A stretch of 64,000 nucleotides of DNA, from assembly GCA_963707635.1 (NCBI GenBank), contig OY970173.1:128001-192000 (forward strand). The letters run 5' to 3'. Under the pieces are notes generated by a model. It saw only the letters and a program-made list of their open reading frames with translations. It did no database searches and was not told the DNA's origin. This stretch comes from Candidatus Latescibacterota bacterium. GTDB lineage: Bacteria > Krumholzibacteriota > Krumholzibacteriia > WVZY01 > JAKEHA01. The stretch's first letter is position 1; every line of letters begins with the position of its first letter. The translations under genes were made by a program, and so were the position numbers. Below are positions 16,723-27,581 of this stretch, in pieces.

Positions 16723-18738
16723 ATGCTCCACTCACTGCTGCTTCTCCTGTTCGTGCCCGTTCCCGTATTTACGCCGCGCGTGACACCCATGGATATTCAG
16801 GGGCGCGCCCATCGCTCTCCGCTCGCGGGCGAGCGCGTCCTGGTCGAAGGCATCGTGACGTCCATCACCCCCGGCGGGTTCTACCTGCAGGACCCGCGCG
16901 GCGACGGCGACCCGTCCACCTCCGACGCCGTCTTCGTGGCAACCGGCGATCCGCTGGTGCGCGCCGGCGATCTCGTCGACGTGACCGGGCTCGTGGTGGA
17001 GCGTTCGATGGGAAGCGAGCCATACCACCTGACCCGGACCGAAATCGACGCCGCGCCGGCCCTCATACTCGCGCGCGAGCGGACGCTTCCCGCGCAGGTC
17101 GTCGTCGGGGCGGGAAAACGCGTCCCGCCGACGGCGATCATCGACGACGACGCCATGCAGGAATACCAACCGGCCATCGACGGCATCGACTTCTACGAAA
17201 GCCTCGAGGGGATGCGCGTGACGATCGAGCGCGCGCGGGTGACCGGACCGCCGGACCCGTTCGGAAACGCGTGGGTCGTGCCGGCCGGGCTGGCGTCGGG
17301 ACTCAACGCGCGCGGCGGCCTCACGGCGCGCCCGCTGGACGCCAACCCCGAACGGATTCGTGTCCGCGACGCGGGACCCGCGGCCGGCGCGACCATTCCG
17401 ATGGGAGCCGATCTCGGAGACGTGAACGGGATCGTGGACGACGAGTCGGGCAGCTTCGAACTCATCCCCGATCGCATCGCAGCAACGGGTGAGCCGCCCG
17501 CGCCGGAGGTCGGGGCGCTCGCCGGCGACGATACCCATCTGCTCGTCGCCGCGTTCAACGTGAGGAATTTCGCTCCGGGTGACGCCAGCCGGACTCGCCG
17601 TCTGGCGCAGGCCGTTGTGTCGAGTCTCGGCGCGCCGGACATTCTCGCGCTCGAAGAGATCCAGGACAACAGCGGACCGCTCGACGACGGCACCGTCGCC
17701 GCCGACGCCTCCTACCGATGGTTGATCGACGCGGTGACCGCCGCCGGCGGGCCGCGCTACGAGGCGCGCGAGGTCGCTCCCGCCGACGGACAGGATGGAG
17801 GCGAACCGGGCGGAAACATCCGGGTGGGGTTTCTGTTCCGGCCCGACCGCGTGGCGTTCGTCGATCGCCCCGACGAGGCGGCGGACGGCGCGCCCTTCGA
17901 GACTCACTTCGTGGACGACCCCGACGGCGTGCATCTGACCCGCAGTCCCGGACGGGTCGACCCGGGCCACCCGGCGTGGAAGGATTCGCGCAAGCCGCTC
18001 GCCGGCGAATTCGTCTTCGGCGACCGTCGCCTGTTTGTGGTCGCGGTTCATTTCCGCTCGAAGACCGGGTCCTCGTCGGATTTCGGCGCGGTCCAGCCAC
18101 CCGTGAGCGCCGGCGCCGCGGAGCGCGCCGCGCAGGCGCGTGTCGTGCGGGCGTTCGTGGACGAGCTCCGTCGCCTCGACCCGGGCGCGCCCCTAATCGT
18201 ACTCGGCGACTTCAACGACGACTGGTTTTCGCAAACGCTCGCGATCCTCGAGGAGGACCGCGTCCTCGTCAATCTCGCGCGATCGCTGCCGGAGACCGCG
18301 CGGTATTCGTACGTGTATGAAGGCAACGCCCGCGCGTACGACCACATTCTCGTCAACCGGGCCGGGTCGAACGGTGCGGCCTTCGACGTCGTCCACGTGA
18401 ACGCCGAGTATTCCGACAATGCGAGCGACCACGATCCGGTGGTGGCGCGATTGTCGTTCTCCGCGCCTCCGGTCACGACCGCTCGAGACGCCGTCGTCTT
18501 CGCGCGCCCGAATCCCTCGTCCGGGGACGTCGTCATCGGACCCGCCGGCGCCGCCGCGGAGGTCGTGATCTACGACGTTCGCGGAGCGCCGGTGCGGCGG
18601 TTCGCACTGACGGAGGGGGCCGGCGCCGTCTGGGACGGGAGCGACGGCCGCGGGGAGCGGGTGGCGTCGGGTGTGTACTTTCTAAGAGCGCACGGCTCGT
18701 TCGGCGAGATAGTGCAGACGCTCGTGCGCGTGCGCTGA
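16723..18738 (+). CDS. Secreted endonuclease/exonuclease/phosphatase (OB-fold + EEP) with FlgD-Ig/T9SS-type tail
   Basis: DIQG...SPLAG, GFYLQD, YESLEGMRV, FNVRN, LEEIQD, SRKPL, GDFND, YDHI, SDHDPV. Confidence 0.88.
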   Translation: MLHSLLLLLFVPVPVFTPRVTPMDIQGRAHRSPLAGERVLVEGIVTSITPGGFYLQDPRGDGDPSTSDAVFVATGDPLVRAGDLVDVTGLVVERSMGSEPYHLTRTEIDAAPALILARERTLPAQVVVGAGKRVPPTAIIDDDAMQEYQPAIDGIDFYESLEGMRVTIERARVTGPPDPFGNAWVVPAGLASGLNARGGLTARPLDANPERIRVRDAGPAAGATIPMGADLGDVNGIVDDESGSFELIPDRIAATGEPPAPEVGALAGDDTHLLVAAFNVRNFAPGDASRTRRLAQAVVSSLGAPDILALEEIQDNSGPLDDGTVAADASYRWLIDAVTAAGGPRYEAREVAPADGQDGGEPGGNIRVGFLFRPDRVAFVDRPDEAADGAPFETHFVDDPDGVHLTRSPGRVDPGHPAWKDSRKPLAGEFVFGDRRLFVVAVHFRSKTGSSSDFGAVQPPVSAGAAERAAQARVVRAFVDELRRLDPGAPLIVLGDFNDDWFSQTLAILEEDRVLVNLARSLPETARYSYVYEGNARAYDHILVNRAGSNGAAFDVVHVNAEYSDNASDHDPVVARLSFSAPPVTTARDAVVFARPNPSSGDVVIGPAGAAAEVVIYDVRGAPVRRFALTEGAGAVWDGSDGRGERVASGVYFLRAHGSFGEIVQTLVRVR

Positions 18739-18765
18739 CCGGATCATGGGGATGGTGGATTCTCC

Positions 18766-18832
18766 GCGGGTCCTGGCATCTCGCCACCCCGCGGGCTTTG
18801 CCTCGCGGGGGCCCCGCCTCGATGCCACCCGC
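18766..18832 (+). repeat. Dispersed hairpin repeat, copy D
   Basis: GCGGGTCCTGGCATCTCGCCACCCC...GGGGGCCCCGCCTCGATGCCACCCGC, between convergent genes. Confidence 0.8.
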
Positions 18833-18847
18833 TCGAGCTGGCCAAAA

Positions 18848-20100
18848 TCATTCCAGCAGGACCGCGCGCGCGACGCGCGCACCGAGCGGCGTCGTGATCC
18901 GGACCAGGTAGACACCCGAGGCCACCGGCAAGCCCGCCGTGTTGCGGCCGTCCCAGCGCACCTCATTGTCGCCGGCGGCATACACTCGGCCGCGAGCCAG
19001 CGTCGCCACGCGCTCACCGAGCACCGACCACACCTCGGCCGTGACCGCCATTTCACCGGGAATCCGGAATCGAATCGTGGCGGCCGGGTTGAAGGGATTC
19101 GGCACCACGCCGAGCACCGCAAACCCGGCGCCGGGCGGCCCGCCGACCGCGGTGACTCCGTCGATCGAAACGGGGAACGTGGTCGGTTGGTTGGAAGCAT
19201 TGCTTGAGACCGTCAGGGTGCAGTTCGCGGGACTCTCGGAGGTCGGCGTCGCGCACACCTTGATCATGGTCTGCCCGCCGGGCGCCACCGAATGCGCCGT
19301 CATGGTGGTGTCGATGCTGAAGGGGGCGGCGCCGCAGCCGGAAATGCCGTCGATCAGGAGCGTGTCGCAGCCGGTGTTGGCGACAAAGACCGTGTCGCAG
19401 GTGGTCTGGTTGACGGGGATGTTCGAGAACACCACCTGGGCCGGACTCCTCTGCGCGGTCACCTTCAACGAGCGATACTTCACATAGAACAACCAGTCGC
19501 CGGAGAACGCCCAGCGCGCACGCGCTCGACCACCCGCCGGGGATGGCGAATACGACGTTCTTTCCGCGCCTGGCACCCGTTGCCGTCGTACACGACGGTG
19601 CCGGCGCAACAGATCTACCCGAATTGGATTGAGGAACTCGAGCGTCACGGTGAACGGGCCGGACTCGATGCGAATCTCGCCCGGCAGCGAGGCCGAGGTT
19701 GTACTCGTTGATGACGCCGTCGGTGAGTTGCGGACCCATCAGCGAGAAGATCGGGCTGCCCGGATTCGGAAGCCCGCCCGCGTAGATGTGAATGGCCTCC
19801 TCGAGCGCCTGCCCGCTCCCGCCAAACTGCGATCCCCACCCGATACCGACCTTGAGGATCTCGATGGGATAGTCGGACGCCGGGCACGGTGAACACCGCC
19901 CCGGCCTCCTCGCCGGCGACGAAGCAGGGGCACAAACCACTGCCCGCCGCGCCGGTGTAGTTCTGGAATGGTCCCACTCGGAACACTGCGCGCGGGCCTG
20001 CGCCGCGCACAGGGTCGCGCCCGCAACCAGCGCGGGCACGAGCGCGAGGCGCAACGAGCGGCGAAACGCATCGACACAAACGGTGGCAAGAGTGTCTCAT
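18848..20100 (-). pseudogene. Secreted protein (Ig-like domain + FlgD-Ig tail), 5' half broken by multiple frameshifts
   Basis: GGAGG RBS + ATG at 20100; coherent protein pieces alternate among the three frames; intact C-terminal VVPNPFNPAATI...VASGVYLV. May be assembly error. Confidence 0.7.
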
Positions 20101-20168
20101 GATTCCCTCCACGTTTCGGACCGACTTTCCCGGAACCCGACGCTGCATTCCACATGCCACGGCGACAT

Positions 20169-21339
20169 TCACGGCGGATTCTCCGCGGTCAGCGTCCGCG
20201 CCAGCCAGGCGGCGGTGATTGCGTTGCCGCGCGCGTTCGGATGACTGTCGCGCTCGAAGTAGAGCGGGCCCGCGCCCGCGGTGGCCGACAAACACTTCGC
20301 GCGGATAGTAGAACTCGATGCCGTGGTCCGCGCAGAAGGAAGCCAGCCGACGGTACGGTAGCTCGAAGTCGAGGCTCGCGGCGTCGACACCGGTGCGGCG
20401 GATCATCTCGGCGCGCCAGGCCGCGTCCATTTCGAGCTTGAGCGGCATCGCGAACACCAGGAACCTCGCCGAGTCGGCGCGGCAGTCGGATGCGAAGCGG
20501 AGCAGGATCCGCTCCGTCACCGTCCACGCCGAGGCGACCGCGTCGCTCCCGCGGGTGTCGTAGACCGACCAGTGGGACAGGTGCCGAAAGGATTCGTAGC
20601 CGTGCGGGGCATAGACCACGTCCTCGCGGACCCGCTGCGCGACCGTGCGCTGGGCAAGCCGGTGCTTCACAAAGAGGAGGAGCCGGCTCTTGCGCAACCA
20701 CCGCTTGCCACGCGCCCTGAGGCCGAGTGGCGGTGCAGCCGCCGGCGGTATCATTCGCAGCGAATCCCCATCCACCACGAAGCGCGGCTTGGTCCCGCCC
20801 TCGAAGAGCGCGTCGTCGAGCGCGTTGTTGACGATGTCGTTGTTGGTGGTAAGAGTCAGGACGACTACGTCGGGCGCGAGAGAACGGAGCGTGCGTTCGT
20901 AAAACAGCATCTCCTGGTCGTTCCCCCACCCCGGGATCCCGGCGTTGATCACCTCGACCTTGTCCGCGAGCGCCCGCCCCAGCACGTCCGAAAAGCGATC
21001 CTCAACCTCGAGACCGCTTCCGAACACCACCGAATCGCCGATCACGAGCACGCGGCGGACGCCGGGGCGCTTCTTCGGCGCGACCTCGCGCTCGCGGAGC
21101 CCGAGGGAATTGGTCTGGATGTGGCTGTGAAATCCGCGGTCGGGGTCGTTGCTCACCAGGCGGGCGTTGGGTTTGAGGCTCCAGCCGAGCAACGGGTCGT
21201 AGCGAATGACACTGTCGACGTACTGCGGGTGGTAGACGGCGCGCAGCACGGCTTCCGCGCCGACCAAAAGGACCACGGTCGTGGTCACGAGCACGGCCAC
21301 GTTGGCGCGTCCAGAGTGGGACCTGGTTGTCGTGGGCAT
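20169..21339 (-). pseudogene. SGNH/GDSL hydrolase, frameshift near 20290
   Basis: TNSLGLRE, VIGDSVVFG, NAGIPGWG, TNND; catalytic DSHPNARG lies in a different frame (20169-20390 ORF). Confidence 0.8.
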
Positions 21340-21497
21340 GAATCACCGTCGAACCCGCGTGATCCGCGCGTGCCGCCGCCAAGCCCCGTGCCCGCCGGGA
21401 TTCTAGCACACTCGCCCACGCGGTGCACGTGGACGCAGGGCGCGCCCGTCATTATAATGCACGCGACGTCTCAACCCACGTTCGAGAGTCCACACCC

Positions 21498-22415
21498 ATG
21501 CGCCGTCTCATTCTTCCCATTCTCGTCATCGCGGGGGTCTTCGTGTGGCTGGTGGTGCGCGGCGCGCGCGACGACGTCACCTATTACACCGGCACCATCG
21601 AGGCACGCGACGTGCAGCTGGGTTCGCTGGTGGGCGGTCGCATCGCCGAGGTTCGCGTCGACGAAGGCGATTCCGTGCGCGCGGGCGACGCGATCGTGCG
21701 CTTCGAGTCGAACCTCCTTGATCCCCAGGTGCGCGAGCAGGAAGCCCGGGTCGCTCAGGCCAGAGCCGCGCGCGACCGCACCGTCACCGGGCCGCGGCGC
21801 GAATCCATCGAACGCGCCCGCATCGAGTGGGACCGCGCGGAGCGGGAGCGCGTCCGCCAGGACTCGCTGCGCGACCAGCACCTCACCTCCGACGAAGCCT
21901 ACGAGGCCGCCGCCGCGGTGGCCGAATCGGCGCGCCAGACCTACGAGGAACTCAAGGCGGGCAGCCGCAGCGAAGACGAGCGCGAGGCGGTCGCCGTGCT
22001 GGCGGCCGCGGAGGAGCACCTCTCCTACCTCCAGCACCAGCACGACGAGCTGGTGGTTCGCGCACCCGCCGACGGCGTCGTCCAGACCCTCGACCTCCGC
22101 CCAGGCGACATCGTCCCCGCGAATCAGCCGGTAGCGACGCTCCTGTGCCGGGGCGACCTGTGGGTGCACGTGTACGTGCCCGAGACGCGTCTCGGCTCCT
22201 TCCGTGTCGGCCAGCACGCGAAGCTTTCGATCGACACCTATCCCGAGCGCCTGTTCGACGCGCGCGTCATCTCGATACGCGACCGCGCCGAGTACACGCC
22301 GCGCAACGTGCAGACCGCCGAGCAGCGCGAGGACCACGTGTTCGCGGTCAAGCTGGCGGTGGCACCGACGCCGGAACTCAAGCCCGGCATGACGGCGACG
22401 GTACGCTTCGAATGA
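21498..22415 (+). CDS. HlyD-family membrane fusion protein (YbhG-like)
   Basis: GTIEA, GGRIAEVRVDEGDSV, coiled hairpin, AEYTPRNVQT, LKPGM. Confidence 0.92.
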   Translation: MRRLILPILVIAGVFVWLVVRGARDDVTYYTGTIEARDVQLGSLVGGRIAEVRVDEGDSVRAGDAIVRFESNLLDPQVREQEARVAQARAARDRTVTGPRRESIERARIEWDRAERERVRQDSLRDQHLTSDEAYEAAAAVAESARQTYEELKAGSRSEDEREAVAVLAAAEEHLSYLQHQHDELVVRAPADGVVQTLDLRPGDIVPANQPVATLLCRGDLWVHVYVPETRLGSFRVGQHAKLSIDTYPERLFDARVISIRDRAEYTPRNVQTAEQREDHVFAVKLAVAPTPELKPGMTATVRFE

Positions 22416-23407
22416 TCGCGCCCAGCGACACGGGTGAATACGGCATCGAGGTTCGTGGAATCTCGCACGATTACGGCCCCGTGCACGCGCTGCGCGACGT
22501 CAGCCTCGCCATCCCGCGCGGCATGATCTTCGGCCTGCTGGGACCGAATGGTTCCGGCAAGTCGACGCTGATCCGGATCCTGTGCGGGCTCCTGCGGCCC
22601 ACCAGCGGGACCGCGCTCGTCGACGGCGTCGACGTGCGCGCCGATGCGAACCGCGTGCGCCGGCGCATCGGCTACGTGCCCCAGCGCTTCTCCCTCTACG
22701 AGGATCTCACCGTCATCGAGAACCTCAACTTCTTCGCGTCGGTGTACGGACTCTCGGGCGCGCGCGTCGAGGAACGGCGCGAGTGGGTGATCGGGCTGGT
22801 CGGCATCGACCCGTATCGCGACCGCCTCGCCGCCGCCCTCTCGGGCGGGTGGAAGCAGCGGCTTTCGCTCGCGGCCGCGCTCATGCACGAGCCGCGCGTC
22901 GTCTTCCTCGACGAGCCGACGGCGGGTATCGACCCGGTCGCGCGCCGCGAGCTCTGGAACCTGCTCTTCGACCTGTCCGCCGCCGGGGTGACGCTGCTCG
23001 TCTCGACGCACTACATGGACGAAGCCGAGCGCTGCAGCCGCGTCGGCTACCTGTACGCGTCGCGCCTCCTGGTCGAAGGCGAGCCGGAGGATCTGCTGCG
23101 CCTGCCCGAGATCACGCCGCCGGGCACGCGCCGCGTCGAAGCCGCGTGCGAAGGAACCGCCACGCGCGTGCTGCGCCACGCGCGCGCGCTCCCGTACGTC
23201 GAAGACGTGACGATCTTCGGCAACAGCCTGCACCTGCTGGTCCCGGAAACGGTCTCCGATGAATCCATCCGGCGTGATCTTTCCGAGCAGGGCGGCGCGG
23301 GACTCACCATCCGCGGCATCCCCCCGTCGCTCGAGGACGTGTTCGTCCGCCTGACCGCGCTCCAGGCCGAGGACGTCGCCGCCACGCAGAAGGGCCGGGG
23401 CGCATGA
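22412..23407 (+). CDS. ABC transporter ATP-binding protein
   Basis: GPNGSGKST, LSGGWKQRL, FLDEPTAGID, STHYMDEAE. Confidence 0.95.
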   Translation: MIAPSDTGEYGIEVRGISHDYGPVHALRDVSLAIPRGMIFGLLGPNGSGKSTLIRILCGLLRPTSGTALVDGVDVRADANRVRRRIGYVPQRFSLYEDLTVIENLNFFASVYGLSGARVEERREWVIGLVGIDPYRDRLAAALSGGWKQRLSLAAALMHEPRVVFLDEPTAGIDPVARRELWNLLFDLSAAGVTLLVSTHYMDEAERCSRVGYLYASRLLVEGEPEDLLRLPEITPPGTRRVEAACEGTATRVLRHARALPYVEDVTIFGNSLHLLVPETVSDESIRRDLSEQGGAGLTIRGIPPSLEDVFVRLTALQAEDVAATQKGRGA

Positions 23408-24510
23408 GAGGGTTTCTCGCCGTGCTGCGCAAGGAAGCGATCCACATGCGCCGCGACAAGGGCACGCTGCGCCTGGCGCTCATGATTCCGGTGTTTCAGC
23501 TGGTCCTGTTCGGCTCCATCGACACGAACGTGCGCGACGTCCCCACCGCCGTCTTCGACCAGTGCCGCTGCCCCGACAGCCGTCAGCTGCTCGACGAGAT
23601 GACCGCGACCCGCACCTTCCGGATCACCCGCCACGTGGGGTCGCGCGAGGCGCTGCGCGCGGCCATCGTCGAGGGGAGTGTGAAGGTCGGCATCGAGATC
23701 CCGCCGGATTTCGCCCGCCACCGGCTCGAAGGGAGCGAGGCGACGTTTCTGGCGCTGATCGACGGCTCCGACAATTCGATCGCGTCGCAGGCGCTGGGGG
23801 CGATCGACGGCCTCGCGCTCACGCGCTCGCTGGAGGAAATGTCGCGGCGGACCGGCATCGCGGCGCTCCCGGTCGCGCCGCGGCCGCAGATCCTGTTCAA
23901 CCCCGACACGCGCAGCGCCAATCTTCTGATCCCGGGGTTGATTGCGATCCTGCTGACTTTCTCGGGCACGCTGCTCACCGCGTACGCGATCGTGCGCGAG
24001 CGCGAGCGCGGCACGCTCGAGCAGCTCATGGTGACGCCGGTGTCGTCGATCGAGATGATCCTGGGAAAGCTGGTCCCCTACCTGGTGCTGGCGTTCGTGC
24101 AACTGGTGCTGGTGCTCCTCTTCATGAACACGCTCTTTCACGTCCCCATTCACGGGAGCGTACTATTGCTGTCCGCTCTCTCACTGATCTATCTCACGTC
24201 GCTCCTGTCGCTCGGGCTCATGATCTCGGCGCGCGCCGCCACCCAGATCGAAGCCACCCAGGCGGCGCAGGGTATCCTGCTGCCGTCGATCATGCTCTCG
24301 GGGTACATCTTCCCCCTGTCCTCGCTGCCGCTGCCGCTGCGGTTGATCTCACAGGCGTTGCCGGCGACGCATTTCGTGGCGATCTCGCGCGGGATCATCA
24401 TCCGCGGCGCCAACCTCCACGACCTGCTGCACGAAGTGGTGGCGCTCGTTATCATTTCGACGGTGCTGCTCACCGCGAGCATCACGATCTTCCGCCGGCG
24501 CCGCCTCTAA
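23404..24510 (+). CDS. ABC-2 type permease (YbhR/S-like)
   Basis: KEAIHMRRD, AIVRERERGTLEQLMVTP, LSGYIFP. Confidence 0.93.
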   Translation: MRGFLAVLRKEAIHMRRDKGTLRLALMIPVFQLVLFGSIDTNVRDVPTAVFDQCRCPDSRQLLDEMTATRTFRITRHVGSREALRAAIVEGSVKVGIEIPPDFARHRLEGSEATFLALIDGSDNSIASQALGAIDGLALTRSLEEMSRRTGIAALPVAPRPQILFNPDTRSANLLIPGLIAILLTFSGTLLTAYAIVRERERGTLEQLMVTPVSSIEMILGKLVPYLVLAFVQLVLVLLFMNTLFHVPIHGSVLLLSALSLIYLTSLLSLGLMISARAATQIEATQAAQGILLPSIMLSGYIFPLSSLPLPLRLISQALPATHFVAISRGIIIRGANLHDLLHEVVALVIISTVLLTASITIFRRRRL

Positions 24511-26225
24511 CGCCCGCTGGCACCCTCATGCACCGTCAGGTACTCGAGGATGGCATCGAGCGCCGGGTCGCGGTTGTTCCGATAGTCGTCCGAGGTCATC
24601 TGCGCGATCAGATCCGGGGCGATCCAGACTCGCGCGTCTTCGGACACGCTGTCCTGCCAGAGCCGGGACGACGCGTTCGCGACCAGGCCGCTGTACGGCA
24701 GGACGATGTTGTTTCCTTCTCCCACGAAATTCGGCCGCGATCCCGTCGGCTCCCCGACGAAGATCACTTCCGTGCGCCGGTCCAGCCAGTTGCAGAAGTT
24801 CTGACACGCACTGAACGTCTCGCGCCCGATGACGACGAACAGCCTGCCTCGCTGGTTCACGCGCTCGGAGGTCTCGATGCGCTGGGCAAGCGGACGGGCC
24901 AGAAAGTTGTTGCCGCCGTGGTTCTCGCGCACGTCGATGACCAGCGCTTCCACTCGGTGGCTGTCGACGAAATCGAACAGCCTGTCGGTGAAGTCCGCCA
25001 GCGTCTCGGTGCTGTCGTCGAGAACCTCGCGGAGGCACGCATAGACGATCCGCGGCGCTTCCAGATACTCGAGTGTGTAGAGACGATCGGGCTCATGGCG
25101 CCACAACGGCAACGGTGTGGCGGCGTTGGCCGACATGTCGACGTACCCCGGCGGTATCCCGCGCTCGTGTTGCGCCCGCAGCGGAGCCGGAGTCACCTTC
25201 GTGGTCGATTCCTTCCCATTCGCCCCGACCACAGTCACGCCGACCGCGGTGAGTCCGTCGCAAATGCGGAGCGCGTCGAGCACCTCGACGCGCGAGAGAT
25301 AGCGCGGCGCCAGCCACCGGATCTGCTGCGTGTTGTCACGCTGGACAGTGGTTGCGACCCGCTCGAGTGCTTCCTTCGTGGGAAGATTGCCGACTCGCAC
25401 CACGCGCTTGCCCACCAGCGACGCGTACTCACGGCTGGCGGCGCGCACGAACAGTCCGTCTTTGAACTCGTAGAACTGGAGCGGGAGGGCGTGAAAGGCG
25501 AGTCGTCCTTCCGTGGGCGCACCAACCACGGTGTGCCCATCGTTGATGCGCACCACCAGCTGCATCAGTGCGACCACGACTTCGTGGTCTCTCATTGTGG
25601 AGAGCGAATTCGTGATCCGCGCGATCTCGCCGTCCCACTCCGCGCGTGAGATGTACCGGAAGGGGTCGTAGTGCGTCTCGGCCACGCGGCGCGTGAGGTA
25701 CTCGAGATCGATCCGCCACCCGTCCGCGCGCGCGATAGACGGCGCCACCGCAGGCAGTATACGACTGCGAAACGCCGGTGTGTCCCGGATGCTGTTCAGG
25801 TCCGAGTCCGTCCGCAGCAGATTCTCCCGGTCTCGCAGCCCGGCTTTGATCGCCAGCTCGATGGCGTCAATTGCTGCGTCCGCTTCCCCGAGGAGCGCGA
25901 GGCAGCAGCCGCGGTTGTAATGGCTCGTGCCGACGTTGTACCCCACGGCCGCGGACCGTTGGTACGGTGCGATCGCCTCGCGGTATCGCTTGCGGTTGTA
26001 CTCGGCCGTGCCCAGCCGGTACCAGAACCGGCCCTGGAACGGATTCTCGGCGGCCAGCTCGGCAAAGAGCACGGACGCCTTATCCCATTCCTTGGCCTCG
26101 AATGCCGCTTCGGCGGCGTCCAGCTTTCGCGATGCCACGCTCGGCGAATCGGCCGCCGGTGCCACCGTGGCGGCGAGAGACAGCACGCCCCCCATGATCG
26201 CCTGAACCCAGAGAACGTGTTTCAT
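24507..26225 (-). CDS. Secreted TPR + S41-like peptidase
   Basis: Signal peptide, TPRs (YNRGCCLALLG), DGHT, LVIDVRENHGGN, TFSA, FVGEPTG. Confidence 0.8.
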   Translation of the reverse strand: MKHVLWVQAIMGGVLSLAATVAPAADSPSVASRKLDAAEAAFEAKEWDKASVLFAELAAENPFQGRFWYRLGTAEYNRKRYREAIAPYQRSAAVGYNVGTSHYNRGCCLALLGEADAAIDAIELAIKAGLRDRENLLRTDSDLNSIRDTPAFRSRILPAVAPSIARADGWRIDLEYLTRRVAETHYDPFRYISRAEWDGEIARITNSLSTMRDHEVVVALMQLVVRINDGHTVVGAPTEGRLAFHALPLQFYEFKDGLFVRAASREYASLVGKRVVRVGNLPTKEALERVATTVQRDNTQQIRWLAPRYLSRVEVLDALRICDGLTAVGVTVVGANGKESTTKVTPAPLRAQHERGIPPGYVDMSANAATPLPLWRHEPDRLYTLEYLEAPRIVYACLREVLDDSTETLADFTDRLFDFVDSHRVEALVIDVRENHGGNNFLARPLAQRIETSERVNQRGRLFVVIGRETFSACQNFCNWLDRRTEVIFVGEPTGSRPNFVGEGNNIVLPYSGLVANASSRLWQDSVSEDARVWIAPDLIAQMTSDDYRNNRDPALDAILEYLTVHEGASGR

Positions 26226-26388
26226 GACAGATCCTCTTCTTGTGTGGTGCCCGAGACGGGCGATGTGAGCCGGGACGCTCCCTGTCTACGTGTTCGCGGG
26301 GCACCGGGTTGCCGGCGATGATTTGTAATTGGGAGGGAGTTCGAGTACGCTCGGACTCTACACGGTCGTAACTCCGGGAGGCGTTGTG

Positions 26389-27279
26389 ATGATTGCGATC
26401 ATGGGGGCGAGCGGCCACACCGGCCGAACCGTCGCCGAAATCCTGCTCAAGGACGGCCAGAAGGTGCGCGTGATCGGTCGCGCGCGCGACCGGTTGCAGC
26501 CGTTGATCGATCGGGGCGCAGACGCCGCGGTTGGAGACGCCGCCGATGCCGCGTTTCTGACCGGGGCATTTCGCGGGACTGACAGCGTCTACACGCTGAT
26601 GCCGCCGGACCCCACGCATCCGGACTACCGCGCCTACCAGACCAAGGTCGGCGAAACCATGGCGAAAGCCGTGCGGGACAGCGGGGTCAAACACCTCGTC
26701 TTCTTGAGCAGCGTCGGCGCCGACCAGCCGTCGGGAACCGGCCCCATCGCCGGCCTGCACGAGCATGAACAGCGCCTCAAGACCATCCGGGGCCTGAACG
26801 CGCTGTTTCTTCGCGCCGGATACTTCTTCGAGAATCACCTTCTGTCCCTGGGGCTCGTCAAGCACCAGGGCATCAACGGTTCGGCCCTGCGGGGCGATCT
26901 GCCCATCGCGATGACGGCGAGCGCCGACATCAGCCGCGAGGCCGCGCGGGCGCTGCGCTCCCGGGACTTCGCGGGCGCCACCGTGCAGGAACTGCTGGGA
27001 CCGCGCGATTTCACTCTCAAGGAGACAACGAGCATCCTGGGCAAAGCGATCGGCCGCCCCGACCTCGCCTACGTGCAGTTTCCGTACGAGGCGGCCTTCG
27101 ACGGCATGGTGTCGGTGGGTCTGTCGAAGAGCATGGCGTCGCTCTACGTCGAGATGTCACGCGGGTTCAACGAGGGGAAGATCAAGAGCGTCGAGGGGCG
27201 TAACCTGCGCAACACGACCCCGACCCGCTTCGAGGATTTCGCCGCAGACGTTCTGGCACCCGCGTATCGGACGATGTGA
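26389..27279 (+). CDS. NmrA-like NAD(P)-binding protein
   Basis: IMGASGHTG, VFLSSVGA, LRAGYFFEN. Confidence 0.9.
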   Translation: MIAIMGASGHTGRTVAEILLKDGQKVRVIGRARDRLQPLIDRGADAAVGDAADAAFLTGAFRGTDSVYTLMPPDPTHPDYRAYQTKVGETMAKAVRDSGVKHLVFLSSVGADQPSGTGPIAGLHEHEQRLKTIRGLNALFLRAGYFFENHLLSLGLVKHQGINGSALRGDLPIAMTASADISREAARALRSRDFAGATVQELLGPRDFTLKETTSILGKAIGRPDLAYVQFPYEAAFDGMVSVGLSKSMASLYVEMSRGFNEGKIKSVEGRNLRNTTPTRFEDFAADVLAPAYRTM

Positions 27280-27289
27280 GGAGGCCGAA

Positions 27290-27502
27290 ATGAGAAGAGC
27301 GTTCTTGTATGCAGCCGTGTCCGCGCTTCTGCTGGCAGCGTGTTCATCGAAGCAGGAAAACAAGCCGGCGATGACCGAGCGCCAGCGCGACAGCACCATC
27401 GCCGCGTCGAAGCTCCCCGGCGCGGGCGTGGTGGGCAAGGCGCTGGAGCAGTCGGACTCGGCGAAGGCACGCGCCGAAGAGTCGGAAGACGAGACACCCT
27501 GA
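27290..27502 (+). CDS. Small lipoprotein
   Basis: GAGGAGG RBS; lipobox LAAC; 70 aa. Confidence 0.75.
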   Translation: MRRAFLYAAVSALLLAACSSKQENKPAMTERQRDSTIAASKLPGAGVVGKALEQSDSAKARAEESEDETP

Positions 27503-27581
27503 TTCAGCTCGCGCGCCCATGCGGACGCTCCGCCCGTTGCCGGGCGGAGCATCCGCTGCCCTCGGTATGACGCCGCGTGGC

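Noticed and set aside
26245..26305. Sixth copy of the dispersed repeat
   Set aside because: Shares only CCGAGACGGG; lacks GGGTCCT, CACCCC and terminal ACCCGC.
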